DNA of 64,000 nt from an uncultured Dehalococcoidia bacterium (GCA_964347975.1 CAYGAY010000007.1:11066-75065), one strand, 5' to 3'. Counted from the first letter of the stretch, positions 9,071 to 17,089 are shown. Notes: a model not told the origin generated them from the letters alone. Numbers and translations: made by a program.

Positions 9071-9107
9071 GTCAGAATCAGGGTTTCAGGCAAGCCCTGA
9101 TTCTGAC
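9071..9107. terminator. 13-bp perfect hairpin downstream of the quinone oxidoreductase gene
   Basis: gtcagaatcaggg - 11-nt loop - ccctgattctgac. There is no U-tract. Confidence 0.45.
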
Positions 9108-9116
9108 TACATAGCA

Positions 9117-9560
9117 ATGACGGGTTTGGACTCAGAAACCAACTGGCCGGCCCCCCGGGGCATCATCCTTTCCGACCTGGATTGGGTCGCCGATACCGCC
9201 CGGCGTTTTCAATTGGACGGGTTGGAGATACCCGGCGGGTCGGTGGTGCTGGAACGGATCTCCGCCACCGGAGGGCGCTGTTTCTGTTACCCTGACGGGT
9301 CGTGGCTGATTGGCCTGTCCCTGCCCCGGCTCCAGCGGAGCGGTCGGCGGGGGATGGAGGGCATACTGGCCCACGAACTGCTCCACGCGTGGCTGTGGTC
9401 GCTGCATCGGTACCAGGGACACGGGCCGGTTTTCGAGGGTCACGCTTCGGTTCGCGGCATTCCCCGGTGGTGTTCAGCATACGACGAGGTGCGCCGTCAG
9501 GGGCCGCAGCAGTTGGCGCTGTTCGACGCCGGCTCACGAAATCCGGCGTCATACCCATGA
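9117..9560 (+). CDS. SprT-like zinc-metallopeptidase domain protein
   Basis: HExxH motif in GILAHELLHAWLW, followed by HGPVF. Size is 147 aa. Confidence 0.45.
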   Translation: MTGLDSETNWPAPRGIILSDLDWVADTARRFQLDGLEIPGGSVVLERISATGGRCFCYPDGSWLIGLSLPRLQRSGRRGMEGILAHELLHAWLWSLHRYQGHGPVFEGHASVRGIPRWCSAYDEVRRQGPQQLALFDAGSRNPASYP

Positions 9561-9695
9561 TACGAAACTGCCATCCCGGTTTTCGGACCTTGTCGGTGTA
9601 ATTGAAGACGGTCAAGTTTATCAGGCAACTTCCATGAAGCCAAAGCGCGCAGCATTGCAGATTTTTTGAGTTTTTTCGCAAAAAACGCCTCAAAT

Positions 9696-9724
9696 TTGAC
9701 ATTAAGCCCAGGTCGGGCTAAACT
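9696..9724 (+). promoter_or_regulatory. near-consensus sigma-70-type promoter upstream of the panD leader
   Basis: TTGACA (9696-9701), a 17-nt spacer, then TAAACT (9719-9724). It lies in an AT-rich patch after a gttttttcgcaaaaaac palindrome. Confidence 0.6.
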
Positions 9725-9784
9725 GCCGCACAGTCAAACGCAGGTCTGCACAAACATCAACCTGCCCTTAAGCAAGGAGGCCAT

Positions 9785-9955
9785 ATGAGTGCAGCCGCGC
9801 TGATAGCGCAACAACAATTGTCGGAATCTGACTCTACGCGGCCCCGCCCGTTGCGGGACTGGCCGAGCGTCAATTTTGTTTCTGGATGCCTTCGCTCCTT
9901 CGGGGTGTACCCCGTCCGGGGTCGTGCGAGGCACCAGCTGCCCTGCGAGCCTTAG
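9785..9955 (+). CDS. possible small ORF (56 aa) in the panD leader
   Basis: AAGGAGG at 9774-9780 sits 4 nt before ATG 9785. Translation MSAAALIAQQQLSESDSTRPRPLRDWPSVNFVSGCLRSFGVYPVRGRARHQLPCEP, stop TAG at 9953-9955. It is below the ORF-track cutoff and has no recognisable domain. Confidence 0.25.
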   Translation: MSAAALIAQQQLSESDSTRPRPLRDWPSVNFVSGCLRSFGVYPVRGRARHQLPCEP

Positions 9956-10169
9956 CTGCTCCCAGCTTAAACCGGGCGGCGGAAGTAGCGTTCCGCCATA
10001 CGCCCTTCCCTTCGGGTTTCTGCCGCAACGCCGATTGCGGGAGCCTGCCGCGCCCCGGTGTCTAACCGCAGCGTGAGGCCCCCTTGGCCGCGACGGCTGG
10101 CCGGGCCGAGCCCCGGCCCAAATCCACATCCCGCCAATCATCATTGGCCCCAACCAACGAGGAGCGAAT

Positions 10170-10559
10170 ATGCGAGAAGTCTTGAAGTCAAAAATTCACC
10201 GCTGCTGGGTGTCCAGCGCCAACCTGGGCTATGTGGGCAGCATCATCATTGACCGTGACCTGATGGACCAGACGGACATCGTCACCTACGAAAAAGTCCA
10301 GGTGCTGAACGTCACCAACGGCCAGCGGTGGGAGACCTACGCTCTTCCCGGCGAGCGCGGCGGTGGAACCATTGCCGTTCAGGGCGCGGCGGCCCGGCTG
10401 TGCCAGGAGGGCGACTGCCTCATCATCCTCGCCTTCGACATCACCAACGAGCCGGCCGACCCGAAGATGGTCCTGGTTGACGAAAACAACAAGTTCCTGG
10501 AATGGATTGAAGGGTCGATGTATGCCGAACCACAGCCCGAGCCCGTCGCGCTTTTCTGA
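10170..10559 (+). CDS. panD: aspartate 1-decarboxylase (pyruvoyl-dependent)
   Basis: KSKIHRCWVSSANLGYVGSIIIDRDLM aligns with E. coli PanD [22 protein letters not shown], including the Gly-Ser self-cleavage site. NVTNGQRWETYA also matches. GAGGAG RBS is present. Confidence 0.9.
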   Translation: MREVLKSKIHRCWVSSANLGYVGSIIIDRDLMDQTDIVTYEKVQVLNVTNGQRWETYALPGERGGGTIAVQGAAARLCQEGDCLIILAFDITNEPADPKMVLVDENNKFLEWIEGSMYAEPQPEPVALF

Positions 10560-11382
10560 GCGAGAGACGGAACAATACTATGACGCCGAGGATGCCCTCT
10601 ACCGTTCCTTCTGGGATGCGGAGGGCAGTCTCCACTGGGGCATCTTTGAAGCCCCGGAACAGCCGGGAAGCGACGCCAATGTGCGCAGCGAATTCCTCGC
10701 CGCTTGCTCCCGGCTGAATGAGGTCATGCTGGAGAACGCGGGCATCAATGAGAACGCCCGCGTCCTCGACCTGGGGTGTGGCAACGGCAACACCACCACC
10801 TGGCTATGCCGGACCACGGGCGCGCGGGTCACCGGCATTGACCTCAGCGGCGTGCGCATCGCCAACGCCATCGCGGCTTTGGGGCAGACCCCCAACCTGG
10901 CGCCCCCCCTGGAGTTTCACAAGGCGTCGGCCACCGACCTCCCCTTCGAGGACGGAACCTTCTCCCACGTGTGGAGCCAGGCCACCATCTACCACATCCC
11001 GGACAAGGCCAAAACCCTGCAGGAAGCCTACCGGGTGCTGGAGCCGGGCGGCGTCATGGTCTTCGACGACCTGACCAAGCCCAAGCCCGACATCAGCGAC
11101 GAAGCCCGCGCCTTCGTGTACGACCGGCTGCTGTTCGACACCGATTACAGCTTCTACTCGTACATGGACGCGCTGCGTGAGACCGGGTTCAAGGTGCTGG
11201 AAGCCCGCGACCTGTCGTCGCACCTGGCGCGCAGCTACACCTGCCTGTCCCGCATGGCGGCCGCGGGAACCGACCCCGACCGCCGGGAACGCTTCGCCGC
11301 CCTGTCCGACGCCTATCTGAAAATGGTCAACGCCGTACACAACGAAGAACTGGGCTGGGCGCAGTACTTGTGCGTCAAATAG
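10522..11382 (+). CDS. SAM-dependent N-methyltransferase, sarcosine/dimethylglycine N-methyltransferase (SDMT)-like, paralog 1
   Basis: ATG 10522 overlaps the panD 3' end by 38 nt. Motifs: ETEQYYDAEDALYRSFWDAEGSLHWGIF, VLDLGCGNG, HVWSQATIYHIPDK, RVLEPGGVMVFDD, and C-terminus ELGWAQYLCVK. They parallel the SDMT motifs I recall from halophile enzymes (YY.SEDADNFY..WGGEDIHIGLY, VWSQDSFLHSPD, GYLTWGIFYFRK). Confidence 0.75.
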   Translation: MPNHSPSPSRFSERETEQYYDAEDALYRSFWDAEGSLHWGIFEAPEQPGSDANVRSEFLAACSRLNEVMLENAGINENARVLDLGCGNGNTTTWLCRTTGARVTGIDLSGVRIANAIAALGQTPNLAPPLEFHKASATDLPFEDGTFSHVWSQATIYHIPDKAKTLQEAYRVLEPGGVMVFDDLTKPKPDISDEARAFVYDRLLFDTDYSFYSYMDALRETGFKVLEARDLSSHLARSYTCLSRMAAAGTDPDRRERFAALSDAYLKMVNAVHNEELGWAQYLCVK

Positions 11383-11420
11383 GACCCCCAACTCAAAACT
11401 GCCCAAGGAGCTGAACAAAT

Positions 11421-12269
11421 ATGGTAATCGGGCACCGGTTCTCCGAGCAGGAAACCGAAAATTACTATGACGCGGAAGATGTGATCTACCGCTCGGTGTG
11501 GGACGCCGAAGGAACCGTGCACTGGGGCGTATTCGACCGGGAGCCCGCCGGGGATAGCGCCATCCGCGAGGAGTTTAGAGCCGCCGGTATCCGCCTCAAT
11601 GAGTTGATGGTGGAGTGCGCGGGCATCGGCTCGGGTTCCCGCGTGCTGGACGTGGGGTGCGGCAATGGCACCAATGTAATCTGGGTCGCCCGGAACACCG
11701 GCGCCCGGGCAACCGGCATTGACCTCAGCGGCGTCCGCATCGCCAACGCTGTCGCCTCCCTAGAGGAGCAGCCGGAACTTGCCGGCAAGATCGCCTTTGA
11801 GAAGGCTTCGGCCACCGACCTGCCTTTCGAGGAAGGCGCGTTCACCCACGTTTGGAGCCAGGCTACCATCTATCACGTGCCGGACAAGGTAAAGGTTCTC
11901 GAGGAAGCGTACCGTGTCCTGGAACCGGGCGGGCAGTTCATCTTCGACGACCTGATCAAGCCCACGCCCGACATCAGCGAATCGGCGCGCCAGTTCGTGT
12001 ACGACCGCCTGCTGTTCGACACCGATTTCAGCTTCTATTCCTACATGGACGCCCTGCGCGAGATCGGCTTCAAGGTGTTGCAGGCCCGCGACCTGTCATA
12101 CCACCTGGCCCGCAGCTACACCTACCTCTCCAACCTGGCCGCCATCGCCGAAGGCCCCGAAGGTTATCAGGAACGTTTCGACTACCTGGCCGATGCCTAC
12201 ATGAAGACCGTGGACGCCATCAACAACGACGAGCTGGGCTGGGCGCAGTACCTCTGCGTCAAGCGGTAG
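11421..12269 (+). CDS. SAM-dependent N-methyltransferase, SDMT-like, paralog 2
   Basis: Roughly two-thirds identical by eye to the preceding gene along its full length (ETENYYDAEDVIYRSVWDAEGTVHWGVF ... ELGWAQYLCVKR). AAGGAG RBS is present. Confidence 0.75.
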   Translation: MVIGHRFSEQETENYYDAEDVIYRSVWDAEGTVHWGVFDREPAGDSAIREEFRAAGIRLNELMVECAGIGSGSRVLDVGCGNGTNVIWVARNTGARATGIDLSGVRIANAVASLEEQPELAGKIAFEKASATDLPFEEGAFTHVWSQATIYHVPDKVKVLEEAYRVLEPGGQFIFDDLIKPTPDISESARQFVYDRLLFDTDFSFYSYMDALREIGFKVLQARDLSYHLARSYTYLSNLAAIAEGPEGYQERFDYLADAYMKTVDAINNDELGWAQYLCVKR

Positions 12270-12273
12270 ATTA

Positions 12274-12313
12274 CCCCCTCTCCCTTGATAGGAGAGGGCT
12301 GGGACGAGGGTGA
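12274..12313. repeat. short hairpin repeat (CCCTCTCC...GGAGAGGG...GAGGGTGA type)
   Basis: ccctctcc-cttgata-ggagaggg followed by ctgggacgagggtga. This is a widespread intergenic repeat type and lies between methyltransferases 2 and 3. Confidence 0.5.
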
Positions 12314-12341
12314 ATTACCCGCATAACGGAGCAGAACAACA

Positions 12342-12986
12342 ATGCCTGAAACAGGAAATATCAGTTCGGAAGACCGGGTTCAGTGGGTTTATTCATCCAC
12401 CACCAACGACGAGTTGGCCGAGCGGTACGACCAGTGGGCGAAGGAATACGACGACGACCTGGAGAACACCTTCGTCTGGCTGGCCCCGCGTATGGGAGCC
12501 GAAACGCTGGCCGAGCACGTAGCCAGGGATGCCCGGATCCTCGACGCCGGCGCCGGCACCGGCCTGGTGGGCGTGGAGTTGGAGCGCCTGGGTTACGGCG
12601 ACATCTGCGCCATGGACCTGTCCGACGGTATGTTGGAAGAAGCCCGCGCCAAGGGTTGCTACAACGACTTCCGCCGGATGGCCCTGGGTGATCACCTGGA
12701 CTTCGACACCGACGCCTACGACGCTGTAATCAGCATCGGCGTGTTCACCCCGGGCCACGCGCCGCCCGACTCCTTCGTGGAACTGTGCCGCGTCACCAGG
12801 CCCGGCGGCCACATCGTGTTCAGCATGCGCCCCGACACCCACGTCGAACTGGGTTTCAAGGACCAGCAGGACGCTCTGGTGGACAGCGGCGCCTGGTCCC
12901 TGGTGACGGTGACTGAGCCATTCCAGCCCCTGCCCAAGGGCGAGCCGGAGGTGATGCACCAGATCTGGGTGTATCGGGTGAACTGA
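12342..12986 (+). CDS. class I SAM-dependent methyltransferase (METTL27/WBSCR27-like)
   Basis: YDQWAKEYDDDL N-terminal motif, motif I ILDAGAGTGLVG, and DAVISIGVF. Size is 214 aa. It is the third methyltransferase co-directional with panD. Confidence 0.7.
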   Translation: MPETGNISSEDRVQWVYSSTTNDELAERYDQWAKEYDDDLENTFVWLAPRMGAETLAEHVARDARILDAGAGTGLVGVELERLGYGDICAMDLSDGMLEEARAKGCYNDFRRMALGDHLDFDTDAYDAVISIGVFTPGHAPPDSFVELCRVTRPGGHIVFSMRPDTHVELGFKDQQDALVDSGAWSLVTVTEPFQPLPKGEPEVMHQIWVYRVN

Positions 12987-12995
12987 AATCCGCGA

Positions 12996-13406
12996 TCACT
13001 CGCGGGTTTCCATGGGCAGACCCTGGTCGTGGACTTCCAGGATGCACTCCGGGCAGCGGTGACCGGGATCGTGCCCGGTGGCCGGCCAGATGTCCTCCCC
13101 CTTGACGCCGCAGAGGAAGAAGGGTTCCACTTCCTCGATCCCCAGGCTTTCCAGGTAATGAACCACGCCCTGCTTGTGGGGATTGTCGTACCACCATGGG
13201 GTGAGGGAGCGCGCCAGAGCCCGGATGTTCTCCTTGAAATCGTCCGCGTACTCTTCCGGGTCGTCAGGAATGTCCACCATCCAGCGGGTTCCATTGGGGC
13301 CGCCTTCCCTGGCGGCCGGCAGCTTGCCGTCGCGGACGTTCTTGCGGATGACGTCCTGCGAAACGTTCAGGATCCGTGAAGCTTCCTGGATGGTAACCCG
13401 GGGCAT
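12996..13406 (-). CDS. helix-turn-helix (excisionase/MerR-like) domain protein
   Basis: MPRVTIQEASRILNVSQDVIRKNVRDGKLPA is a typical Xis-type HTH. GAGG lies 6 nt before ATG 13406. The C-terminal part has CPEC. Confidence 0.55.
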   Translation of the reverse strand: MPRVTIQEASRILNVSQDVIRKNVRDGKLPAAREGGPNGTRWMVDIPDDPEEYADDFKENIRALARSLTPWWYDNPHKQGVVHYLESLGIEEVEPFFLCGVKGEDIWPATGHDPGHRCPECILEVHDQGLPMETRE

Positions 13407-13489
13407 AGCGCACCTCAATCAGCGACGATAATCAATCGGTTGCCCTATTTCTACCACTAACCCGGCGGGGCGGCAAGTCAATCGCTTTG

Positions 13490-13690
13490 CTTATGCGTAC
13501 CCGCTTTGTCATTGCGCCCCCGTACCCCGTGTCAGGCACGGGGCCGGCTTTGATACGGGGGCGCAATCTCGCCGGGGTAGCAATGACCGTCCCGGCAAGA
13601 CCCTCGTGTCAGCAGCCGACGCCGCCGGAACGAGATGATTCCATCGCCCGCCTGCGGCGGTCGTGGAATGTCGAAGAGGGTACGTGTGAG
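13490..13690. repeat. palindromic repeat family A, long form
   Basis: Aligns end to end with 7754-7958 and 61511-61709 (gcgtacccgctttgtcattgcgcccccgtaccccgtgtcaggcacggggccggctttgatacggggg...). Confidence 0.85.
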
Positions 13691-13721
13691 GGGCTGACCT
13701 GGGCCGGCGCCTCATTACTGC

Positions 13722-14462
13722 TCATTCCTCCGTGTCGTGGAGTTGCTCTTCCAGTTCGCGGACGCGAGCCTCGGCGGCGATGCGGGCTTGCCGCTCCAGG
13801 CTCAGCTCCGCCTCTGCCGCGGTAGCCCGCCTTTCTGCCGCTGCCCGCTTGTCGATGGTCAATCCGGTTTCCGGGTCCAGCGCGTCAAACTCTTGCCCAC
13901 CATCCCAATAAAACGACACCTCCAGCAACTCGCTGTACGACCGCGCCGAGCCGTCCGCGCCGTACTCCAGCGGATACTCCGCGTACTCTCCGTTCATCAG
14001 TCGCTCGCCCAGCATCGCTTGCCCGTACAGCGCGCCGCCCGTCGGGTCAAACCGCCAGTATTCCTGGATGCCCAACCGCTGGTACAACTCCCGCTTCCAA
14101 CCCAAATCATGCTCCGCTGTGCTCGGTGACGCCACTTCCAGCGCGAAGTCCGGCGCCTTGCCGATTTCCCAAATCCAGAAGTTCGGCAGGTTCGCGTAGA
14201 TGCCTGCTGCGTCAACGTCAAAGGCCATGAACAAGTCCGGCGCAACCCGACGATTGCCGTCGGTTACGTCGTAGGAGACGAATCCGCCACCGTTCACGAA
14301 CACGTCGGGGCAATCCTGATAACGCTCATAGAGCAGCCCGGATATTCGGAATACGGTGGGCCACTGCTCCATAGCGTCCTCAATTCGCTCCGGTTCTTCG
14401 TAGAAAATGTCCGGCAGGGTTCGTACCTTCCAGGCATTCGTGAGTATTCTGGTGGCGGCCAT
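13722..14462 (-). CDS. Uma2-family (DUF820) putative endonuclease with C-terminal coiled-coil tail
   Basis: PDLFMAFDVD...APDFALEVASPSTAEHDLGWKRELYQRLGIQEYWRFDP. The start was set to ATG 14462 (GGAGG upstream) because the longer ORF runs into the ilvB 3' end and a repeat. Confidence 0.75.
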   Translation of the reverse strand: MAATRILTNAWKVRTLPDIFYEEPERIEDAMEQWPTVFRISGLLYERYQDCPDVFVNGGGFVSYDVTDGNRRVAPDLFMAFDVDAAGIYANLPNFWIWEIGKAPDFALEVASPSTAEHDLGWKRELYQRLGIQEYWRFDPTGGALYGQAMLGERLMNGEYAEYPLEYGADGSARSYSELLEVSFYWDGGQEFDALDPETGLTIDKRAAAERRATAAEAELSLERQARIAAEARVRELEEQLHDTEE

Positions 14463-14565
14463 GGGAGTGCCTCCGGCGGCGGTATTCTCCGACGATTCTA
14501 CCCGATGTTCCTGCGCTTTGCATAAATAATCAGTTTTGGCAGCGATGCAATTCAGGCGGGTAGCG

Positions 14566-14619
14566 TTGCAATTTAGGTGGTTTAATTTCTCGTCATTCCG
14601 GCTTGCGCCGGAACGACGG
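14566..14619. repeat. partial copy of the composite family B element
   Basis: ttgcaatttaggtggtttaatttctcgtcattccggcttgcgccggaacgacgg matches the left part of 7614-7736. Confidence 0.7.
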
Positions 14620-14652
14620 TTATGGCGCGGCAACTGCGGCAGTTGGGCGGCG

Positions 14653-16362
14653 TTAGCGCGCAGCCGCCATGGTGCGCGGGTCTTCCAGCGTGTCGGCCAG
14701 GGAGCCGCCGGGGGGCACCATGGGGAACACGTTGGTCTCACGCTCCACCACGAACTCGATCAGGAACGGCCCATCGTATTCCCGGGCTTGACGCAGGGCG
14801 TCGGACACGTCTTCCTGGTGTTCCACCCGCAGCGCCGGGATGTCGTAGGCATTGGCCAGTTTCACGTAATCCGGGCCGGGCATCGGAACTTCTTTCAGGT
14901 GCCCCTCGAAGAACATCTCCTGCCACTGGCGCACCATGCCCAGGTAGCCGTTGTTGAAAATGGCGATCTTGATGGGCAGCTTCTCCTGCACTGCCGTCAC
15001 CAGTTCCTGCAGGGTCATCTGGAAGCCGCCGTCGCCGGCCACCGACCACACCGTGGCGTCGGGCCGTCCCACCTGGGCGCCCAGCGCGGCGGGGACTTCG
15101 AAGCCCATGGCCCCCAGGCCGCCGGAAGTTACGAAGGAATTGGGCTGGTCCAGGAACAGGTATTGCGCCGCCCACATCTGATGCTGTCCCACTCCCGTCA
15201 CCACGATGGCATTGTCGTCCTGCCGGAGCGCCTCGTTCATTTCCACCAGCACCTGTTGGGGCAGCAGCGCCCGGTTAGACGCGGGATCCGGGGCGGGTAT
15301 CGCCAAGGATGGATGCTGGGCCTTCAGGCTGGCGATGGTCGCCAGCCATGCGGGGCGTTCCACCCACTCGACCAGCGGCGTCAGAGCTTGCAGAACGGGG
15401 CGGGCGTCGCCCACCAGCGGCACCTCCGCGGGGACAATCCGCCCCACCTGGCTGGCCTCAATATCCAGGTGGATGATGCGCGCGTGGGGCGCAAACCCGG
15501 ACACGCGCCCGGTCACCCGGTCGTCGAAACGCATCCCCAGCCCGATGATGACGTCCGCCTGGTCAACTACCATATTGCACCAGTACATACCGTGCATCCC
15601 CAGCATCCCCAGGCTTTGCGGGTGGTTGCGGGGAAAGCCGCTGATGCCCAACAGGGTGTTTATCACCGGAATGCCGGAATGTTCCGCCAGGGCCAGCAGC
15701 TCATCGAAGGCGCGGGAGTTGACGATGCCGTGCCCGGCGATGATGACCGGCCGCTCCGACTGGTTCATCAGCGCCGCCGCCTTGTGGATATTTTCCATCA
15801 ACTCGTCGGACAGCGCCGGATCAGTGGCTCCAGCCGGCGTCGGGTAATCAAACTCGGCTTCCTCCAGCTGAACATCCCGGGGCACATCAATGAGGACAGG
15901 ACCGGGCCGGCCTTCCTGGGCAACTCGGAACGCCTCCCGGACGGTGCGCGCCAGGTCGTTGGCCGACATCACCAAGAAGGTGCGCTTGGTGCATACCGAA
16001 GCGATGCTGCAGATGTCGCATTCCTGGAATGCTTCGGTGCCCATGGCGGCGCGGGCCACCTGCCCGGTGATGGCCACCAGGGGGATGCTGTCGGCCTTGG
16101 CGCCCATGATGCCGGTGATGAGGTTGGTCGCGCCGGGTCCCGAGGTGGCCACGCAGACGCCGGGCTTGCCGGTGATGCGGGCGTAGCCGTCGGCGGCGTG
16201 GGCCGCGGACTGCTCGTGCCTTACCAGGATATGGCGCAGCTGCGGGTAGGCCCACAGGGCATCGTAAAAGGGCAGTATCGCCCCGCCGGGATGTCCGAAC
16301 AGTACCTCTACTCCTTCCCGGAGCAAGCTTTCGCAAATTATTTCAGAGCCTTTGAGTTTCAC
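14653..16362 (-). CDS. ilvB: acetolactate synthase large subunit (second paralog in the window)
   Basis: 569 aa. N-terminus GSEIICESLLREGVEVLFGHPGGAILPFYDAL, ThDP motif GLGAMGFEVPAALGA...GDGGFQM. GTG start with GGAG 8 nt upstream. Confidence 0.9.
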   Translation of the reverse strand: MKLKGSEIICESLLREGVEVLFGHPGGAILPFYDALWAYPQLRHILVRHEQSAAHAADGYARITGKPGVCVATSGPGATNLITGIMGAKADSIPLVAITGQVARAAMGTEAFQECDICSIASVCTKRTFLVMSANDLARTVREAFRVAQEGRPGPVLIDVPRDVQLEEAEFDYPTPAGATDPALSDELMENIHKAAALMNQSERPVIIAGHGIVNSRAFDELLALAEHSGIPVINTLLGISGFPRNHPQSLGMLGMHGMYWCNMVVDQADVIIGLGMRFDDRVTGRVSGFAPHARIIHLDIEASQVGRIVPAEVPLVGDARPVLQALTPLVEWVERPAWLATIASLKAQHPSLAIPAPDPASNRALLPQQVLVEMNEALRQDDNAIVVTGVGQHQMWAAQYLFLDQPNSFVTSGGLGAMGFEVPAALGAQVGRPDATVWSVAGDGGFQMTLQELVTAVQEKLPIKIAIFNNGYLGMVRQWQEMFFEGHLKEVPMPGPDYVKLANAYDIPALRVEHQEDVSDALRQAREYDGPFLIEFVVERETNVFPMVPPGGSLADTLEDPRTMAAAR

Positions 16363-16414
16363 GGCATTTCTCCGTTTTCAGTTTTCGTTTCCGCCCCAGT
16401 GGGGCGAACCAGGC

Positions 16415-16750
16415 CCTGCCGACGGTACGCTGACGGGAATAAAAAAGGCCCGCCCCCCATAGGGACGGGCCTTTTGGTCTGAAATCCGCATCGCCCGCGG
16501 TACCACCCTATTTGCTCGAAGCCGCCGCTCCAGCGGCAGCGTCAAACCACTCTAGCAGGACACCATCATGCCCCGTTGCTGCTAACGGGCAACGAATCCG
16601 GCCTGAGCTTACTTGCCGCCAGTATCGGACGGCGACTTTCAGCCGGCAGCTCCGGAGGGATTTTGGGCGGAGCAAACGCGCCTGCTTACACCGGACCAGG
16701 CTCGCTCAGGCGTTTGGAAACCGCTTACTCGTCTCCATCTCTGCTTTTCA
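16415..16750 (-). promoter_or_regulatory. T-box riboswitch leader controlling the second ilvB
   Basis: On the minus strand: T-box sequence AAAUAGGGUGGUACCGCGGGCG (16515-16492); an intrinsic terminator immediately after it, AAAAGGCCCGUCCCUAUGGGGGGCGGGCCUUUUUU (16476-16441); Stem I elements GAUGA, GAGUA, AGCGAG and the distal loop GGUGUAAG. The gene start lies 80 nt further on. Confidence 0.8.
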
Positions 16751-16756
16751 TCGGAA

Positions 16757-16785
16757 ACTGTATCACGGCCCACCAACAGCGTCAA
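16757..16785 (-). promoter_or_regulatory. candidate promoter of the T-box/ilvB transcript
   Basis: Minus strand TTGACG (16785-16780), a 17-nt spacer, then TACAGT (16762-16757), just upstream of the GAUGA start of Stem I. Confidence 0.5.
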
Positions 16786-16797
16786 TCGCGCGGCGGT

Positions 16798-16946
16798 CTC
16801 ATACGTACCCACTTTCCGCAAACTGTCATTGCGAGCGTAGTGGGGCAATCTCGTCGCCGGAGCAAACATCGCTCAGCCCGTGAGATTGCCCGATTTGTCA
16901 AAGATCGGGCTTCGCTTCCCGCAATGGCAAAGTGGGTAGGCGTGAG
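16798..16946. repeat. palindromic repeat family A, short form (~150 bp)
   Basis: ctcatacgtacccactttccgcaaactgtcattgcgagcg...ggcaatctcg...gagattgcccgatttgtcaaagatcgggc...cgcaatggcaaagtgggtaggcgtgag. Copies lie at 18159, 23723, 25251 and 54718. Confidence 0.85.
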
Positions 16947-17004
16947 CGCAACGCTACCTTCACTAGACCAGGCTCGTGCAAAATGTCATTCCGAGTCCGC
17001 TGGG

Positions 17005-17033
17005 TCTGACCGCCTGGATGGACATGTTATAAT
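17005..17033 (+). promoter_or_regulatory. possible extended -10 promoter for tRNA-Ser
   Basis: TCTGAC (17005-17010), a 17-nt spacer ending in TGt, then TATAAT (17028-17033). It lies about 55 nt upstream of the tRNA. Confidence 0.4.
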
Positions 17034-17089
17034 AGCCTTCGCCCAGCAGCCGGCTTGGCGTGTTCCGACCCAAGCGCTGCGTCTCCCGC

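Noticed and set aside
9734-10153. 139-aa minus-strand ORF covering the panD leader region.
   Set aside because: - Its composition is Arg/Pro/Gly-rich and it has no RBS or motif.
- The region is better explained as a plus-strand leader downstream of the 9696-9724 promoter.
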